Source: Albugo candida
Lineage: Eukaryota
Direction: 5' to 3'
Assembly: GCA_040437565.1 (NCBI GenBank)
Contig: JBDOQK010000008.1
Coordinates: 1 to 64,000 of the forward strand
DNA length: 64,000 nucleotides
The notes beneath the pieces are model-generated. The model saw only the letters and a list, made by a program, of their open reading frames with translations, was not told the origin of the DNA and ran no database searches. A program made the translations under genes and the position numbers. Positions 50,585 through 63,326 of the stretch are shown in pieces. Within the stretch, counting starts at the first letter, position 1. The number at the start of each line of letters is the position of its first letter.

Positions 50585-51345
50585 TCCAACACCATCCGAC
50601 ATAAGCAAGAATATCTATTGATTCGCCGCTATCCATTGTATCAATGATAGATGTAATCGATTGGTGGATCCAAATACGGAATCTTTTCAGCTCGTACAAC
50701 CGTACAATAGCGAGGAGCAACGACTGATATGAGCGAATGGTAGTAGCTTTTACTACATCGATAAGAATTTGTGATATATCACTGCCATTTGCTGCATCGA
50801 CAGGATGACGAAATTCTTTGCCTTTGCTAAAGCAGCTTGGATGGATGTGATAGCAAAAGTCAGGCAGGAAGATGTGGCACTTGGCATTCGTGATATCTGG
50901 TCGTATGTTGGGCAAGAGCTAAAGGTTATGTTTTGTGTCAAGTTGCCTTCGCTGCGGAAGAATCTCTGACAATTCATCAACCTTACTCTATAAACAGATA
51001 TGCTACATAAACGAATCCTATAATCTACAGATAATATAGCGTGTTACGACCTGTTCTTCTTGANNNNNNNNNNNNNNNNNNNNNNNNNNNNNNNNNNNNN
51101 NNNNNNNNNNNNNNNNNNNNNNNNNNNNNNNNNNNNNNNNNNNNNNNNNNNNNNNNNNNNNNNCGACCTGTTCTTCTTGATGTACGACTATCTTCGCTAC
51201 GCTACCAAACCAAAACTCTGATTGGATGTTATAATATCTTGGACCTATAAGTTGTTATTCTTTTTTCTCCCTCTCCTCGAACAGGTAAATCCTTTTGCTT
51301 GCAACTAATCTCTACTTATCAACTGCAAAGAAGCAAAGAACAAGT

Positions 51346-54300
51346 ATGAGCGTATCGAACGGCGATATCAGTAAAACTGCCGATGGTCTACGTACTTTGG
51401 TTAATGTCACAGAAAACACTGCAGATGCATCAAAGATCGATGAGGGACTATACAGTCGACAGCTTTATGTTATGGGTCGTGAAGCACAACTGAAAATGGG
51501 TTCTGCGAGGATTCTAATTATCGGATTGGATGGAATCGGTGTCGAAATCGCTAAGAATATCATATTGGCAGGAGTCAAAAGCGTGACAGTGCACGATGAT
51601 ATAAAAGCATCAAGTATGGATCTAGCGGCTCAATTTTATCTGAACAAGGAAAGTTTTGGGGTCTCTCGTGCATATGCGTGTGTCAACAAATTGGCAGAGC
51701 TCAATCCATACGTCAAGGTCGATGCACACAGTGGCGAGATCACGGAAGAAGTTCTAAGTCAGTATCATGTACGTCACAATAAGGCTTGTGTGAGTTGACA
51801 GTACAGCGACTCATATGTTTCTGAGTAGGTTGTTATTCTTGTGAATGTTGATCTGAAGAAAGCATGCCGTATCAATGAGTTCTGTCATGCAAATTCCATC
51901 GCGTTTTTATCGACGGAAGGCCGCGGTGTGTTTGGATCAGTGTTTTGTGACTTTGGAGACACTTTTACCGTAACGGATAAAGATGGGAAGCAGCCTTCCA
52001 GCTGCATGATCTCTTCCATATTGGGATCAGACCCACCTTTGGTGACTGTAAACGATGATGAGCGTCATCAACTTGAAACAGGGGATTACGTCACATTTCG
52101 CGAAATAGTAGGCTTGGACTTCCTCAATGCTTGCGAACCGCGTAAGGTCACCGTGACGGGGCCATTCACGTTTACATTGGATATCTTGGATGAGAAGGAC
52201 AAAGAGCGGTTTGTGTCGTCGAGCTATGTTCGAGGCGGATATGTGACACAAGTGAAGCATCCAGTGCTTATGAATTTCAACCAGCTTACGAAAGCCCTTC
52301 AATCGCCTGGAGAATTTCTTATTACTGATTTCGCAAAGTTGAATCGATCTGAGCTGCTCCACATTGGATTCCAGGCCCTCCATGCTTTCGAAGAAACGTA
52401 TAAAAAACTCCCAGAGCCCGGAAACTTGCAAGATGCTGAAGCTATGTATAGCATTGCAGTGGCAATGAATTCGCAGGCAATGCAGGAAAAAAGATTTTCG
52501 GTGGAGCATTTGGAGACCACTGAGTCGAAGAAAGTTTTAGTAGCATTAGCACTTGGTGCTCGCGGGGTCATCTCACCGATGGCAGCTTTTCTCGGCGGAA
52601 TTGTCGGACAAGAAGCTCTCAAAGCCTGTAGTGGAAAATTCACTCCAATCCATCAATTTCTCTACTTTGATGCAGTTGAAAGCTTACCAGAGGAGACATA
52701 TAGTGGGGACGCTTCGAATTATTTGTTGGATGGATCACGATACGATGGACAAATCGCAGTCTTTGGTCACGCGATGCAGAAGCGGCTTCAGAATCTGAAC
52801 ATGTTTCTGGTTGGTGCTGGAGCGATCGGATGTGAGATGCTGAAGAATTGGGCCATGATGGGTCTTTCTACTTCAGATTCTGCAACGATACATGTCACTG
52901 ACATGGATACAATTGAAAAGTCAAACTTGAACCGGCAGTTTTTGTTCCGATCCAAAGATGTTCAGCAACCAAAGGCTCAAGTTGCTGGAATGGCTGTCAA
53001 GGTAATGAATCCCGAAATCAATGTGAAGACGCATATTGCTCGTGTTGGTCCCGAAACCGAAGATCTTTTCAGTGACGAGTTTTTCGAATCTCTGTCCGGA
53101 GTTTGCACAGCTCTGGATAATGTGCAGGCTCGACTGTACATGGATCAGCGTTGTCTGTTCTACGAGTTGCCGATGCTTGAATCGGGAACACTTGGAACGC
53201 AAGCAAACACGCAAATCGTTGTTCCTCACAAGACCGAGAATTATGGGGCTTCACGTGATCCGCCAGAGAAAAGTATTCCCATTTGTACTTTAAAGAATTT
53301 TCCGAACGCAATTGAGCACACTTTGCAATGGGCTCGTGACTGGTTCGAAGGCGAATTCAACCAGGGTGCCGTTAATGCGAATCAGTATCTGGATGTTTCA
53401 GATTATGTGAAGCAACTTGATGCACAACAGAACACGAAACTGGAGACTTTAGAAGGACTGAGAAGCACTCTTGTGACAGATCGTCCCAAATGTTTTGAGG
53501 ATTGCATAAGTTGGGCTCGTTTCAAGTTTGCGGAAATGTTTACAAATCAAATCAAACAACTTCTGCACAACTTCCCACTCGATCAAGTCAGTATTAATCA
53601 AATGAGATGTCCGCTTTCTACTTACTGACTCTGTGTCGCTTAGCTAACTACTGGGGGAGCACCATTCTGGTCGGGAACCAAACGTCCGCCTACTCCGATC
53701 GAATTTGATATCAATGAGCCTCTGCATTTGGATTTCATTATCTCAGTTGCAACGTCACGAGCGAAAATGTATGGAGTCAAAGCTGACTTTGCTGCTCCAC
53801 AATTTATTGAAGCTCTCTCACAAGTGCACGTCCCGCAATTCGTTCCTCGAGATGGTCTCAAAATCGCCGCATCGGATGCTGAGCTCAATGACGAGAATAA
53901 TGGGCGTCGAAGTGGAGATCTGGATGAGCAGTGTCAATCTATCCTGCAAGATATCCCACAACCTGCTTCACTTGATGGCTACCGTTTGGCTCCTATCGAT
54001 TTTGATAAAGATGATGATGATCACATGAGAGTGATTGTAGCAACATCCAATCTCCGTGCGCGCTGTTATCGAATCCCTGAAGCAGACATGTACAAATCAC
54101 GCCTCATCGCTGGCAAGATCATTCCAGCAATTGCTACGACCACCGCACTTGTTACTGGTCTGGTTTGTTTTGAGCTGTACAAGATCATACAAGCAAAACC
54201 TCTCGAAGCTTACAAAAATGGCTTCATCAATCTTGCATTGCCTCTTTTCGCATTCTCGGAACCGGTGGCACCAAAGACAAACATAACTCGTGTGAAAGGC

Positions 54301-54621
54301 AACGAGTACAAATGGACGTCGTGGGATCGGATTGAGTTTGATGGGAAAAATACGACACTGAAGGAATTCATTCAGCATTTTGAAAGCGAGTACGGAGCTG
54401 AGGTCACGATGGTGTCGTATGGCGTCACGATTTTGTATGCAATGTATTCGGCGAAATCTCGTTCCTCTGAGCGGATGTCTTCGCCGGTACCAAAATTGGC
54501 TGAGATTGTCACGAAAAAAAAGTTGAGTCCAAAGCAAAAGTATTTGATTTTGGAGATTTGTGCTACGGACGCTGATGGAGAAGATGTTGACTTGCCTTAC
54601 ATTCGTTATCGCTTAAAATAA
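51346..54621 (+). CDS. UBA1: Ubiquitin-activating enzyme E1
   Basis: IDEGLYSRQLYV, VGAGAIGCE, IEKSNLNRQFLF, catalytic PICTLKNFP, FDKDDD, IIPAIATTTA; introns ~51769-51828 and ~53587-53643. Confidence 0.97.
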
Positions 54622-54701
54622 TCGAATGAAGGGCATTTTTACCACATTTATATCCAATGATATTGTAGGTTTGTGATTGATAACCAATCATTGAGATTTA
54701 A

Positions 54702-57053
54702 ATGGCGCTATGCATCGAATATGACCGAAAAATAACGCGAGTAGCGGTCACTTCGTCGACAATTATGGTGTGTTGTGATTCGAGATATGGTTCCTCACGT
54801 ATTGAAACGAGTTTCCCTTTAATAGGTTCAGGTGGTGGAAGCAGCAAGAGATCAATTAGCCATTGCAAACGACTCGAATCGATCATTTCTTCTCTTCTAT
54901 CGAAAATGTCCTGTTGATTTGTCGATGCCATTTCGTCTGACTGGAATACCGAATTTGGCGACAGTGGAAATGAAAAGGAATGATTTTGTATCGAAGACAG
55001 ATAAAATGGAAAGTATACGTATCAGTGTGCAATTGCCTGATGGAAAACGCAAAACCACTACGGCCAATAAACACGACACTTTTCACTCCATTTTCACGAC
55101 TATAGGCCTTTTACCCTCTCCATTGACAGTACTACTTCTCCACAGTTTCATTTTATTGATATAACACTCTTTTGTAGTTCAAAATACAGTTTATGCAGCG
55201 CGAGATATCGCCAAGTGATTTTGGAGCTGTTTCCTTGCAAGGTAGGAGTCGCTTTATGTCACTATTTGCAAATGTAAGAGAATTTATAAGATTTTGGAAT
55301 CACAAATGGATCCGCGCTATTACGTGTTCGACCCTGTGGTAAGTCGAATTTTTCAAATGAGTCGCAGAAGGCAAATACGTCGGCAGCAAAACCTGAGCCA
55401 ACACCGATAGCAGAAGCATCCAAGGTGTCGAATGATGTCGAACTTGTCCCGGAAAAACAAGAAGAAGATAGAATCACAGAAAGTAATATTAACGACGAAA
55501 AAGAAGAGCTCAAAGACTCATCAGACCGAAATGAGACTTTGCATGAAGAAAAGCGCAAGAGTTTGAATCCTGTCGAATTACTGATATTACTCCGGCAAAA
55601 TTGCTCTGATATTGACTCACGCGAAGCAATAATCACTTTGATGAAGATCGTGACCAATATTCTGTCTCAGCCAGGTTCAATACCTCCTCTGTGACATTTG
55701 AATGCTAATTTGTGTTATTTGATGCAGAGAATGCAAAAGTTCGATCCATAAAATTGTCAAATGCAAAATTTTACTCAAACGTTGGAAGACATCCTGGAGG
55801 AATAGAATTTCTATGCTCTCTTGGTTTTGTTACCAATGATGAAGCTGGCATCCTACGGCTACCGTTTGGTCAAAGCAATATGAGCAAAGTCCTTGGAGGT
55901 CTCGACGCGCTACAAGCTGAAGCGAATGCTTTGAATATCGAGTACTCGTCCCTTCCTACTGTGGTGACTTCCGAACCTTCCAACTCAGCGTTCGACATGT
56001 ACAAACCGCAGATCATCCGGATAGAGGCTCGTTTTCTTTTTAAACGATTTTGCATCTAAATATTCTATTTAGACGCAACCTCGAGGCGAAAGCATAACGG
56101 AAGTCGCCCTCAGCACTCTACAAGCCAAGGAAAAAGAAGTCTTATCAGCACAAAAAGTTGCGAGGAACACTACATTCTTGCTGAATTCAAACTGCAGCAT
56201 CCTTGGAGTGCCGGAAGCAGCGTCCAAATCAGATCAAACTGACAGCCAAATTATCATCCAAAGTTCAAAAGCTCGGCGAGAGAAGCTGGAAAAAGAACAA
56301 GTAAGAATGTGTCATATTTGACGTAAGAAGAGTGGCTGACTTCAAACTATCAGAACTTCCGGACGCGGGCAATGCGGGAATTGGACACCATGCGGCAAAA
56401 GCGTGTCTTCACGAAGACAGTGATTCGTGTGCGATTTCCTGATAGAGGTAAAGGTTCAGTGGAGGATTGTACCGTCCACTCTGAGCTGATTGTGTATGTA
56501 AAGTTATATTGCAGGCGCATTTCCATCCTACTGAAAAAGTGAGCGATCTTGTAGCTCATATTCAGGAAAACTTGGACACTGGGCTGGAGCCGGATGGAAA
56601 ATATTTCTCCTTATATACGACGCCGACAAGGCAAAGACTACAGATGGAGGATACATTGCTGCAAGCGAATTTGGTCCCGGCGGCACTCGTACACTTATCC
56701 TGGGAAGACACTGAAGCGATACATTTGCACTCAATTCTCAGAGGAGGGTATCTTCGTGAAGTGGTACAGGCAAACAAACTTTTTATTCGTGCTATGACTC
56801 TAAAATCGTCATTCTAGATTAGCTTTGGTGCGCATAGTGAAGAAGTCGTGGACGATCAAATAGAGTATCCCAAATCTATTGTTTTGGGTGCGTTGCCTCG
56901 AGTAGCGCCTCTGATTTTTATAATGTGACGAGATGCTTGCACCACTTAGATCCCAATGCACCTGCGAACAAGGCTTCCGAGACCGAAGCAAAGTCAAAGA
57001 AAAAGCCAGAATTAGGTGCTAGAAAGACAAGGAAACCAGCTTGGCTTAAATAG
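54702..57053 (+). CDS. TUG/ASPL-like UBX protein with N-terminal ubiquitin-like domains and a PUB domain, multi-exon
   Basis: VDLSMPFRLTGIPNLATVEM (TUG-UBL1); LMKIVTNILSQP...KVRSIKLSNAKF...GGIEFLCSLGF (PUB); FRTRAMRE...IRVRFPD...QAHFHPTEKV...LVPAALVH (UBX); terminal KPAWLK. Confidence 0.75.
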
Positions 57054-57231
57054 GGACCGCGTGGCAAATAAAGCGTTGCTTCTAGGTGTGAGGATGAATC
57101 CTAGGCGGAAGAATCTCACTTCAAAGCGCCGGTAGAATGAAGATATAAGTTTTGAGCAACGCAACAGTCAAAGTCAACGAATTCAGAATGTATTGTCTCT
57201 GATAAGTGGCAGTACGAGCCTCCGAATGAGC

Positions 57232-58800
57232 TCATTTGCGCCCTCTATATCCTCCTTTTCTGAAGTTTTGTTTCTTTTTTTGATGCAAATCGGTGAATCG
57301 TTTGCTTCTGAATTGTTGCAATTCGGTCCAAAACTTCTTTTCTTCTTCGCCATCCAGCAAACGAGCTTGCGTGAGCGTCTGACTCTCATTTACTTGCACT
57401 CCTTCAGATGTAATCAGTCTGACAGCTCTGCTGGCGGCTTCAGCAGCAGTAAATCGCAAATTACCAGACGAGTCTCCGGTCTGATACTGAATATAGGCTA
57501 CTGGTGGATTGCTTCCATCATCAGCGTGCCCAAGTGCCTCATTGATGCTCTTTTTGATTTCGTCGCGACATATGCCTTCACCATTGACTCCTTCAAAGTG
57601 TACCAATAAGCCATTCTCGTACGATACTTCGCCAGCGTCATCCTCGTTTGGCTCGATCATAGAAAACTGAGCTTTTTGGCCGTGAAGTGTTGCGGATCCA
57701 TCGCTCAATGCACACAGCTTCTTGTAAATTGCTAATGCTTTCTCCGTATCTCTGATCACAAAAGAGGCGTTGGTCAAGCCAGTATAAGTAATGTACGGGG
57801 ATCTTTGGTCTTCATCCAACACAGACGACACAAGGGTCTTGATGTCGTTCAGGCGAACTCCATTAGCCAGATTTGTAATGCAGATTTTTTTACCAGAAAC
57901 GCTACTCGAATTTTCACGTTGCCGCTTGTTGCTGATCTTTTCCTTCTTCAGCCTTGGACGAGCCAAGATAGCATCTTTATCGGTGATCAATTCGAAAGAA
58001 AGCGTCGTGTCGTCAATGACAAGTGCTGTTTTAGTGGACGCTTCAAGAAAGTCTTTCGCCAATGAGACTTGTGAAAACATCAGATATAATTCTTGTGTTT
58101 CCTGGACGTATTTGACTCGTGGTTTGATCTTTTTATTCTCTTTCCAAATAATGTCTAGGACATCCATTATTTCTGATCTTTCCTTCACCGGAACTTGCTT
58201 TGCGATCAGCATAGCTACAACAGATTTTTGAAACTCCTTTTTATCATTTGCAGAGAGCTTTTTGTATTCAGTCAAACGCATGATTTGTGGCCGATTTCCG
58301 AGGATAGAAATTTCCTCTGCATTCTTTTCTACTTCCTCCATCTGTTCTTTTGTATCGAATTCAACATGGATCATTCCATTACGATAACGAGTGAAGGAGT
58401 CGACTTTTCTCCAGATAAACATAGGAGGCACTGGTAGCTTCTCAAAGCTTTGTTTGACTTCGTCGATGGTCGGCACATCCTTGCCCAAGCCGACAAAAAC
58501 AAGTGTTCGTTCTGGTGAATCATCAACTTCAGGAAGAGGAGACTTTCGTCGAATAGCGTCTTTGCTTTCGTTCATTTCCAACGAATCAGACTCTTCGATC
58601 GCTTTCTGTAATACTGCTGGGTCGGTGGTCAATGCTGCCAGTTTCTTGAATGTGAACATTACAGAAAACGGTATGAAGCCATCTTGATGTTTTGTGACCT
58701 CTTCCTTTAAAAATCGATCTCGACGGAAATTACTGTCTGAGAAGTAGAATTCCACTTGGCGTTTTACTTGCGCCTCAGGCGACAAAGTTGAGGAAGTCAT
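57232..58800 (-). CDS. La-family RNA-binding protein (La/SSB or LARP7-like)
   Basis: La motif QVEFYFSDSNFRRDRFL, RRM-like segments, C-terminal xRRM-type VAYIQY...LRF...LLDGEEEKKFW, basic tail. Confidence 0.85.
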   Translation of the reverse strand: MTSSTLSPEAQVKRQVEFYFSDSNFRRDRFLKEEVTKHQDGFIPFSVMFTFKKLAALTTDPAVLQKAIEESDSLEMNESKDAIRRKSPLPEVDDSPERTLVFVGLGKDVPTIDEVKQSFEKLPVPPMFIWRKVDSFTRYRNGMIHVEFDTKEQMEEVEKNAEEISILGNRPQIMRLTEYKKLSANDKKEFQKSVVAMLIAKQVPVKERSEIMDVLDIIWKENKKIKPRVKYVQETQELYLMFSQVSLAKDFLEASTKTALVIDDTTLSFELITDKDAILARPRLKKEKISNKRQRENSSSVSGKKICITNLANGVRLNDIKTLVSSVLDEDQRSPYITYTGLTNASFVIRDTEKALAIYKKLCALSDGSATLHGQKAQFSMIEPNEDDAGEVSYENGLLVHFEGVNGEGICRDEIKKSINEALGHADDGSNPPVAYIQYQTGDSSGNLRFTAAEAASRAVRLITSEGVQVNESQTLTQARLLDGEEEKKFWTELQQFRSKRFTDLHQKKKQNFRKGGYRGRK

Positions 58801-59701
58801 ATTCGTCTCGGTCGAATATCAAATTGAATGGTGGCGTCTAATTTGGTGATATGATTGGCTTTTGCAGTCAGAAAGGTGGCTATGATTGGTCATATACGAC
58901 AATAACTGCGGTGATTACATTCGATCTGATTGGTTATGAGGTCATATCGAAAGAGTTGTCACAAGCGAGACTTGTTACAATGTCGTTGGGAGTACAGTCT
59001 ATCACGTATTATATCGCTAGGAATTGTAGACTGATNNNNNNNNNNNNNNNNNNNNNNNNNNNNNNNNNNNNNNNNNNNNNNNNNNNNNNNNNNNNNNNNN
59101 NNNNNNNNNNNNNNNNNNNNNNNNNNNNNNNNNNNGTATTATATCGCTAGGAATTGTAGACTGATTAGTTCCCAGCTGATAAGTCAGTAAGCCCACAAGC
59201 CGTCCTTATTAGACACCTCCGCTGAATTACTACCGATAAATAGCACTCAATATACTACTGTCTGCGTAATCGTATGTTTCTATATCTGTCTTCTATCTTT
59301 GACATATTGTTGCATCTTTTGCATCTTTGATACTTTAAAAAAGGCAGTAGAACGCGACTGAACGTTTGTACTTCTCCGATTACTCGCGTATGCACGACTA
59401 GATTTCAGTGGTCACGTCATATTCAAAGCGTATTTTCCGCAGCTTCAGAATTCATTCTTGTGGACACGATATCACGTAAAAGAGCTTTCCATTTTTTCGA
59501 ACGGGAAGACGATCACGCTGATCTCCGAAATCCAACTGTTGCACACCTTCGCTGTGCCGGAGAAGATCTGAATATAAAGCATGCGTTCCAAGTCACCTGA
59601 GTCAGCATGTCGAGTTCTTCGAAACATCATTCCATCTAACATCCATGACCTTTGTCCATTGTTCTGCTTACATCAGCAATCATCTGAATTGACAGTTTTG
59701 C

Positions 59702-61600
59702 TTGCCATTCGTGAATTTGCAATACAGGGCCGAGAAAAAAATGGTATCGCGATCCGTCAGACTTGTTTTGATAGCACTGACAACACAATTCCCGAGCTTT
59801 CATAGTAACGTCCCCGACCACATTTCTCTGGATACATTCGCGCATGCCTTGCCGTTCGAGGTCGAAAAAGTCAGCCGATTTTTGCAAAAGTTACAGAACT
59901 ATATTGACATGATTGTGCACAAGCAAATTGACATCGGTATACACTTGAGAAGGCTGAACCATCTTCGATCGCAGTACTTTATACTCGACTGTGAGTCAGA
60001 GATTACTCAACTCCGAGAAACAGTATTTCTAAACAACTTACCCAGACTTGAAATAGCGTGTGGCGGTCTTACAAGTAGTCTCACGCAGCCTTGGACGACA
60101 AGTAAAAGCAAGATCGCGGAAGAAATGAGATTGAATTGGCAGTCGCTCAAAGTCATTTCCGAAGAAGTGACGAGACTTTCTTCCAACATCAATAGAGAAT
60201 TAAATTCGGAACTGTTAAATGCTGGCCTTGACGATCAAATCAAGTTTTTCGAAAACAAAATAGAGAAAATGTATCCTAGGCCAGCTACCGCCATAAGTCA
60301 AAGCACGAACGAAATGGTTCTTTCTTGTTGGAGATTACTCAATGAAGCCACATTGAAGCGTAGAGTCTTCCGAACTCAATATCGATTAGTAAAGAATGCC
60401 GTGTTGGAACGGAATTGGTTGCAAACCGCGGCTGGTCATTTGCTTCCCAAGCACTTGAGAGACTCATTTTCTACCGACATTGAGAATATTGGACTTTATG
60501 GTAGACAACGTGACTACAAAAAAAATCAGCTCAATTATTGGCACCCTAGAGAGGCTATGGATAGTTATCCTATTACCGAGGAACAAACAAATCCCGAAAT
60601 ACATTTGACTTGTGAATTTGCAACAGAGAGTCAAATCATAAAACCCGTTCCAGGTATGACTGTGATTTCGACCGAGAACTTCCTAGCAATGTGCATCATG
60701 GAAGCATTCAATAGGGAGAGTTTGCTGCTGTTTCCAAAGATCATCTCATACATAAGAAATGAAGCCTCGTTCAACACTCTTGAAAAAGTTGAGAAACTTC
60801 AAGAAAGCTATGCAAGCACCACAGGTGAACAGTCTAGTATGGAATCATACGATGCCAGCCAAGTTATCAGTCACATTCATAACCTAATAGCAGTTTGGCT
60901 GGGCGAATTGAGATCTGCTAGCGTTGAGTTACGCTTAGTACAGGAGCGGTATAATGAGCTTGTGAACTCGTTGACAGCAACTCAAATGCGGATTTCTCGA
61001 GCAGTGCATGATCTGGATAAAGTATACCATCAAGTCATCGAAGACCATAGTTCCACATTGGAAGAATGTCATGGGAATTTACACCATTCCCAACTCACAG
61101 GTATCTTTCAAAAGTTGACACATATAACTGACGACAAGCGATACTCGTCCATAATGGCAGAGAAAAGACACGAGGTCGTATGCTCGGAGAGAAAAGTGAA
61201 GCAGCTGAAAGCAAGCATGCAAGAGACACAACTCCACGCGGGCGATCTATTCGTCAATGTCATAAATTTGGAGAAGCACATTATCGCTTTCGTCCAAACG
61301 TTTACCCACTCAAAACGGGTATTTCGACAGGATTCCGGCGTCACATCGATGGTATCTCTTATTCAAGAATATTTGATTCGGTTTGAAATCCCCCGAATCA
61401 AAGCGGAGGCTTTTGAAATGCATGGACGGATTGCGCTAGCACAGTACCACGCAACCAAATTCTCCACATGTGTGATGGACACTAGTCTCTTAACTTTTTT
61501 GCTCGTCGATGATAAGCAGGTACAATGTGTCGAGCATGAACGGAGCGGTAGTCATGACGCGGGAGAATCTATCCCGATGCTAGCAGCATTCTTGCTTTAA
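59702..61600 (+). CDS. Hypothetical helical/coiled-coil protein (~620 aa)
   Basis: Long ORF; first ATG at 59741. True start and possible upstream exon are unresolved. Confidence 0.7.
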   Translation: MPFVNLQYRAEKKMVSRSVRLVLIALTTQFPSFHSNVPDHISLDTFAHALPFEVEKVSRFLQKLQNYIDMIVHKQIDIGIHLRRLNHLRSQYFILDCESEITQLRETVFLNNLPRLEIACGGLTSSLTQPWTTSKSKIAEEMRLNWQSLKVISEEVTRLSSNINRELNSELLNAGLDDQIKFFENKIEKMYPRPATAISQSTNEMVLSCWRLLNEATLKRRVFRTQYRLVKNAVLERNWLQTAAGHLLPKHLRDSFSTDIENIGLYGRQRDYKKNQLNYWHPREAMDSYPITEEQTNPEIHLTCEFATESQIIKPVPGMTVISTENFLAMCIMEAFNRESLLLFPKIISYIRNEASFNTLEKVEKLQESYASTTGEQSSMESYDASQVISHIHNLIAVWLGELRSASVELRLVQERYNELVNSLTATQMRISRAVHDLDKVYHQVIEDHSSTLEECHGNLHHSQLTGIFQKLTHITDDKRYSSIMAEKRHEVVCSERKVKQLKASMQETQLHAGDLFVNVINLEKHIIAFVQTFTHSKRVFRQDSGVTSMVSLIQEYLIRFEIPRIKAEAFEMHGRIALAQYHATKFSTCVMDTSLLTFLLVDDKQVQCVEHERSGSHDAGESIPMLAAFLL

Positions 61601-62239
61601 CTGTAATTCTACTTGCACCCATTACCCGCATAGCTTTCTACCTTAGAGACGCCCATTCAAACGTATGACAACTGTTCCTTTTATTGCATTTTTATCGCGT
61701 ATGTGCGACACTCTCGAAAAGAAATTTGGTGTTCACACATAAATTAGAAAATGATATATCTTTCTGTTTCATGTCTCAACACGACGGAACACGTGCGAAT
61801 CGATCACAAGCACAACAATCGGTCCGGCTCATCGTAAAAATTCAATTCATTGTGACATATTTTTGCACTGTAATTTGATTGCACATCGCTTGACTTGTCG
61901 GGCAATTAGCGTATTCAATGAAGCAAATAGAAGTAAGTTAGTCTCAATACAAGTGTGGCACACTGTACAGGTGTAGCCATAAAAGTCATAATTGCACAAG
62001 ATGAAAGATGGCGATAGGAGCGTCCGAGATCGCTGAGAAAGTCTGCTTCGATTGATAGTGATTTGCATGCGCGACCACTCACTGCGACAGTGCAATTACA
62101 TCAATGCTGTGTAATGACATTAAGATTAGGGATTGCAATAAGGAAATAACTTGAATTTTCCTGTGTGGTGTATCTTCTTCGACTTGCTTCAAAAATAAAT
62201 ATCTTATTTTCGCATCACACTTAACCTCTCGTGAGCTTA

Positions 62240-63250
62240 ATGATGAAGAACGATGAGAATTCCGTATCGTCAACATGTCTTTTGTTAAGGTCCGGTTACG
62301 ACTTGCAGACATCAATTCCAATTGTTTTGACAAGCTCCCATTTGAAGCGTGTGCATACTAAGACTCAGTATCTGATCCAAGTTTCTTACATTTTTCATAA
62401 TAAAGTTCAATGGACTGTGTACCGACGATTCAAGGAATTTCAGGAGTTATTTGTTACGCTTCGAAATGCATTGAATCAACGGGAAGTGTGTTGTTCTTGC
62501 TTGAGCGCGATGCAAGCATATTCCTTTGGTCAGGTTTTTTCCAAGCGAGCTCGTCTTCTACGCTCATTCTCAATCGGTGCAAATAAACAGAGTGATAAGC
62601 GAAGAGTTCAGCTGCAAGAATTCTTATATTTTATCGTAACACAGGCAAAACGCTGTCAACAAGATACAATGAGTAGTGGAAAGTGCGTAATTCGTCCATT
62701 GTTGAACCAGTTTTTGATGCTAAATACGATGTTATACACAGTTGCGAGCTCCATCGACTCGGCGGTATTGGATTCTCACCTCATTACGTCCACATCGCCG
62801 TCGAAAGATGGGAATCGCATGTTGACGTTATATGGAACAATGTGTGAAAGTGTGACGCAAGTATTGGACCCTTCAGAAGAGAGTGACTCGATCTGGTCGA
62901 CAGAACAGAAGGAGGTGTCTCATCCTTTAAGAACAAGCTCGGTGCCGTTGCTATTAGCGTATCGAGCGGAAAGATCACCTCTGATACATCGTCGTGATTC
63001 ATTTAGTTCAATTCAAACGAAGAAGTACCAGTCAGATCGCGTAGAGCAATTTGAAAAACTCACAGAGCTCCCAAACAGGCTGAAGCCATTGACGAAAAAA
63101 ACGAGTGGAGCAGCTTTTTGTTCTCGACGAAAAATGAATAAGACTTTTGATACCATATCTAATGAGCACTCATCATTCAAAGAAAATGCGGCTACCATAC
63201 GCCTCTTTCAGTCGCATTCGCTGATAGAATTGCCAACGATTAATGAATAA
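62240..63250 (+). CDS. PX-domain protein
   Basis: TQYLIQV...WTVYRRFKEFQELF...RRVQLQEFL PX signature, followed by a low-complexity tail. Confidence 0.8.
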   Translation: MMKNDENSVSSTCLLLRSGYDLQTSIPIVLTSSHLKRVHTKTQYLIQVSYIFHNKVQWTVYRRFKEFQELFVTLRNALNQREVCCSCLSAMQAYSFGQVFSKRARLLRSFSIGANKQSDKRRVQLQEFLYFIVTQAKRCQQDTMSSGKCVIRPLLNQFLMLNTMLYTVASSIDSAVLDSHLITSTSPSKDGNRMLTLYGTMCESVTQVLDPSEESDSIWSTEQKEVSHPLRTSSVPLLLAYRAERSPLIHRRDSFSSIQTKKYQSDRVEQFEKLTELPNRLKPLTKKTSGAAFCSRRKMNKTFDTISNEHSSFKENAATIRLFQSHSLIELPTINE

Positions 63251-63326
63251 TACAATTCAAAAATTCGCCTTGAATCGATCAGACTACCCGTGCATGTAGA
63301 AGCACTATCGCATTTCAATAACGCCG

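Noticed and set aside
50541..50980. Minus-strand ORFs between the orphan gene and UBA1
   Set aside because: Overlapping short frames without motifs or a convincing splice model.
51047..59165. Short repeats flanking the gaps at 51063 and 59036
   Set aside because: Exact overlaps at gap edges.
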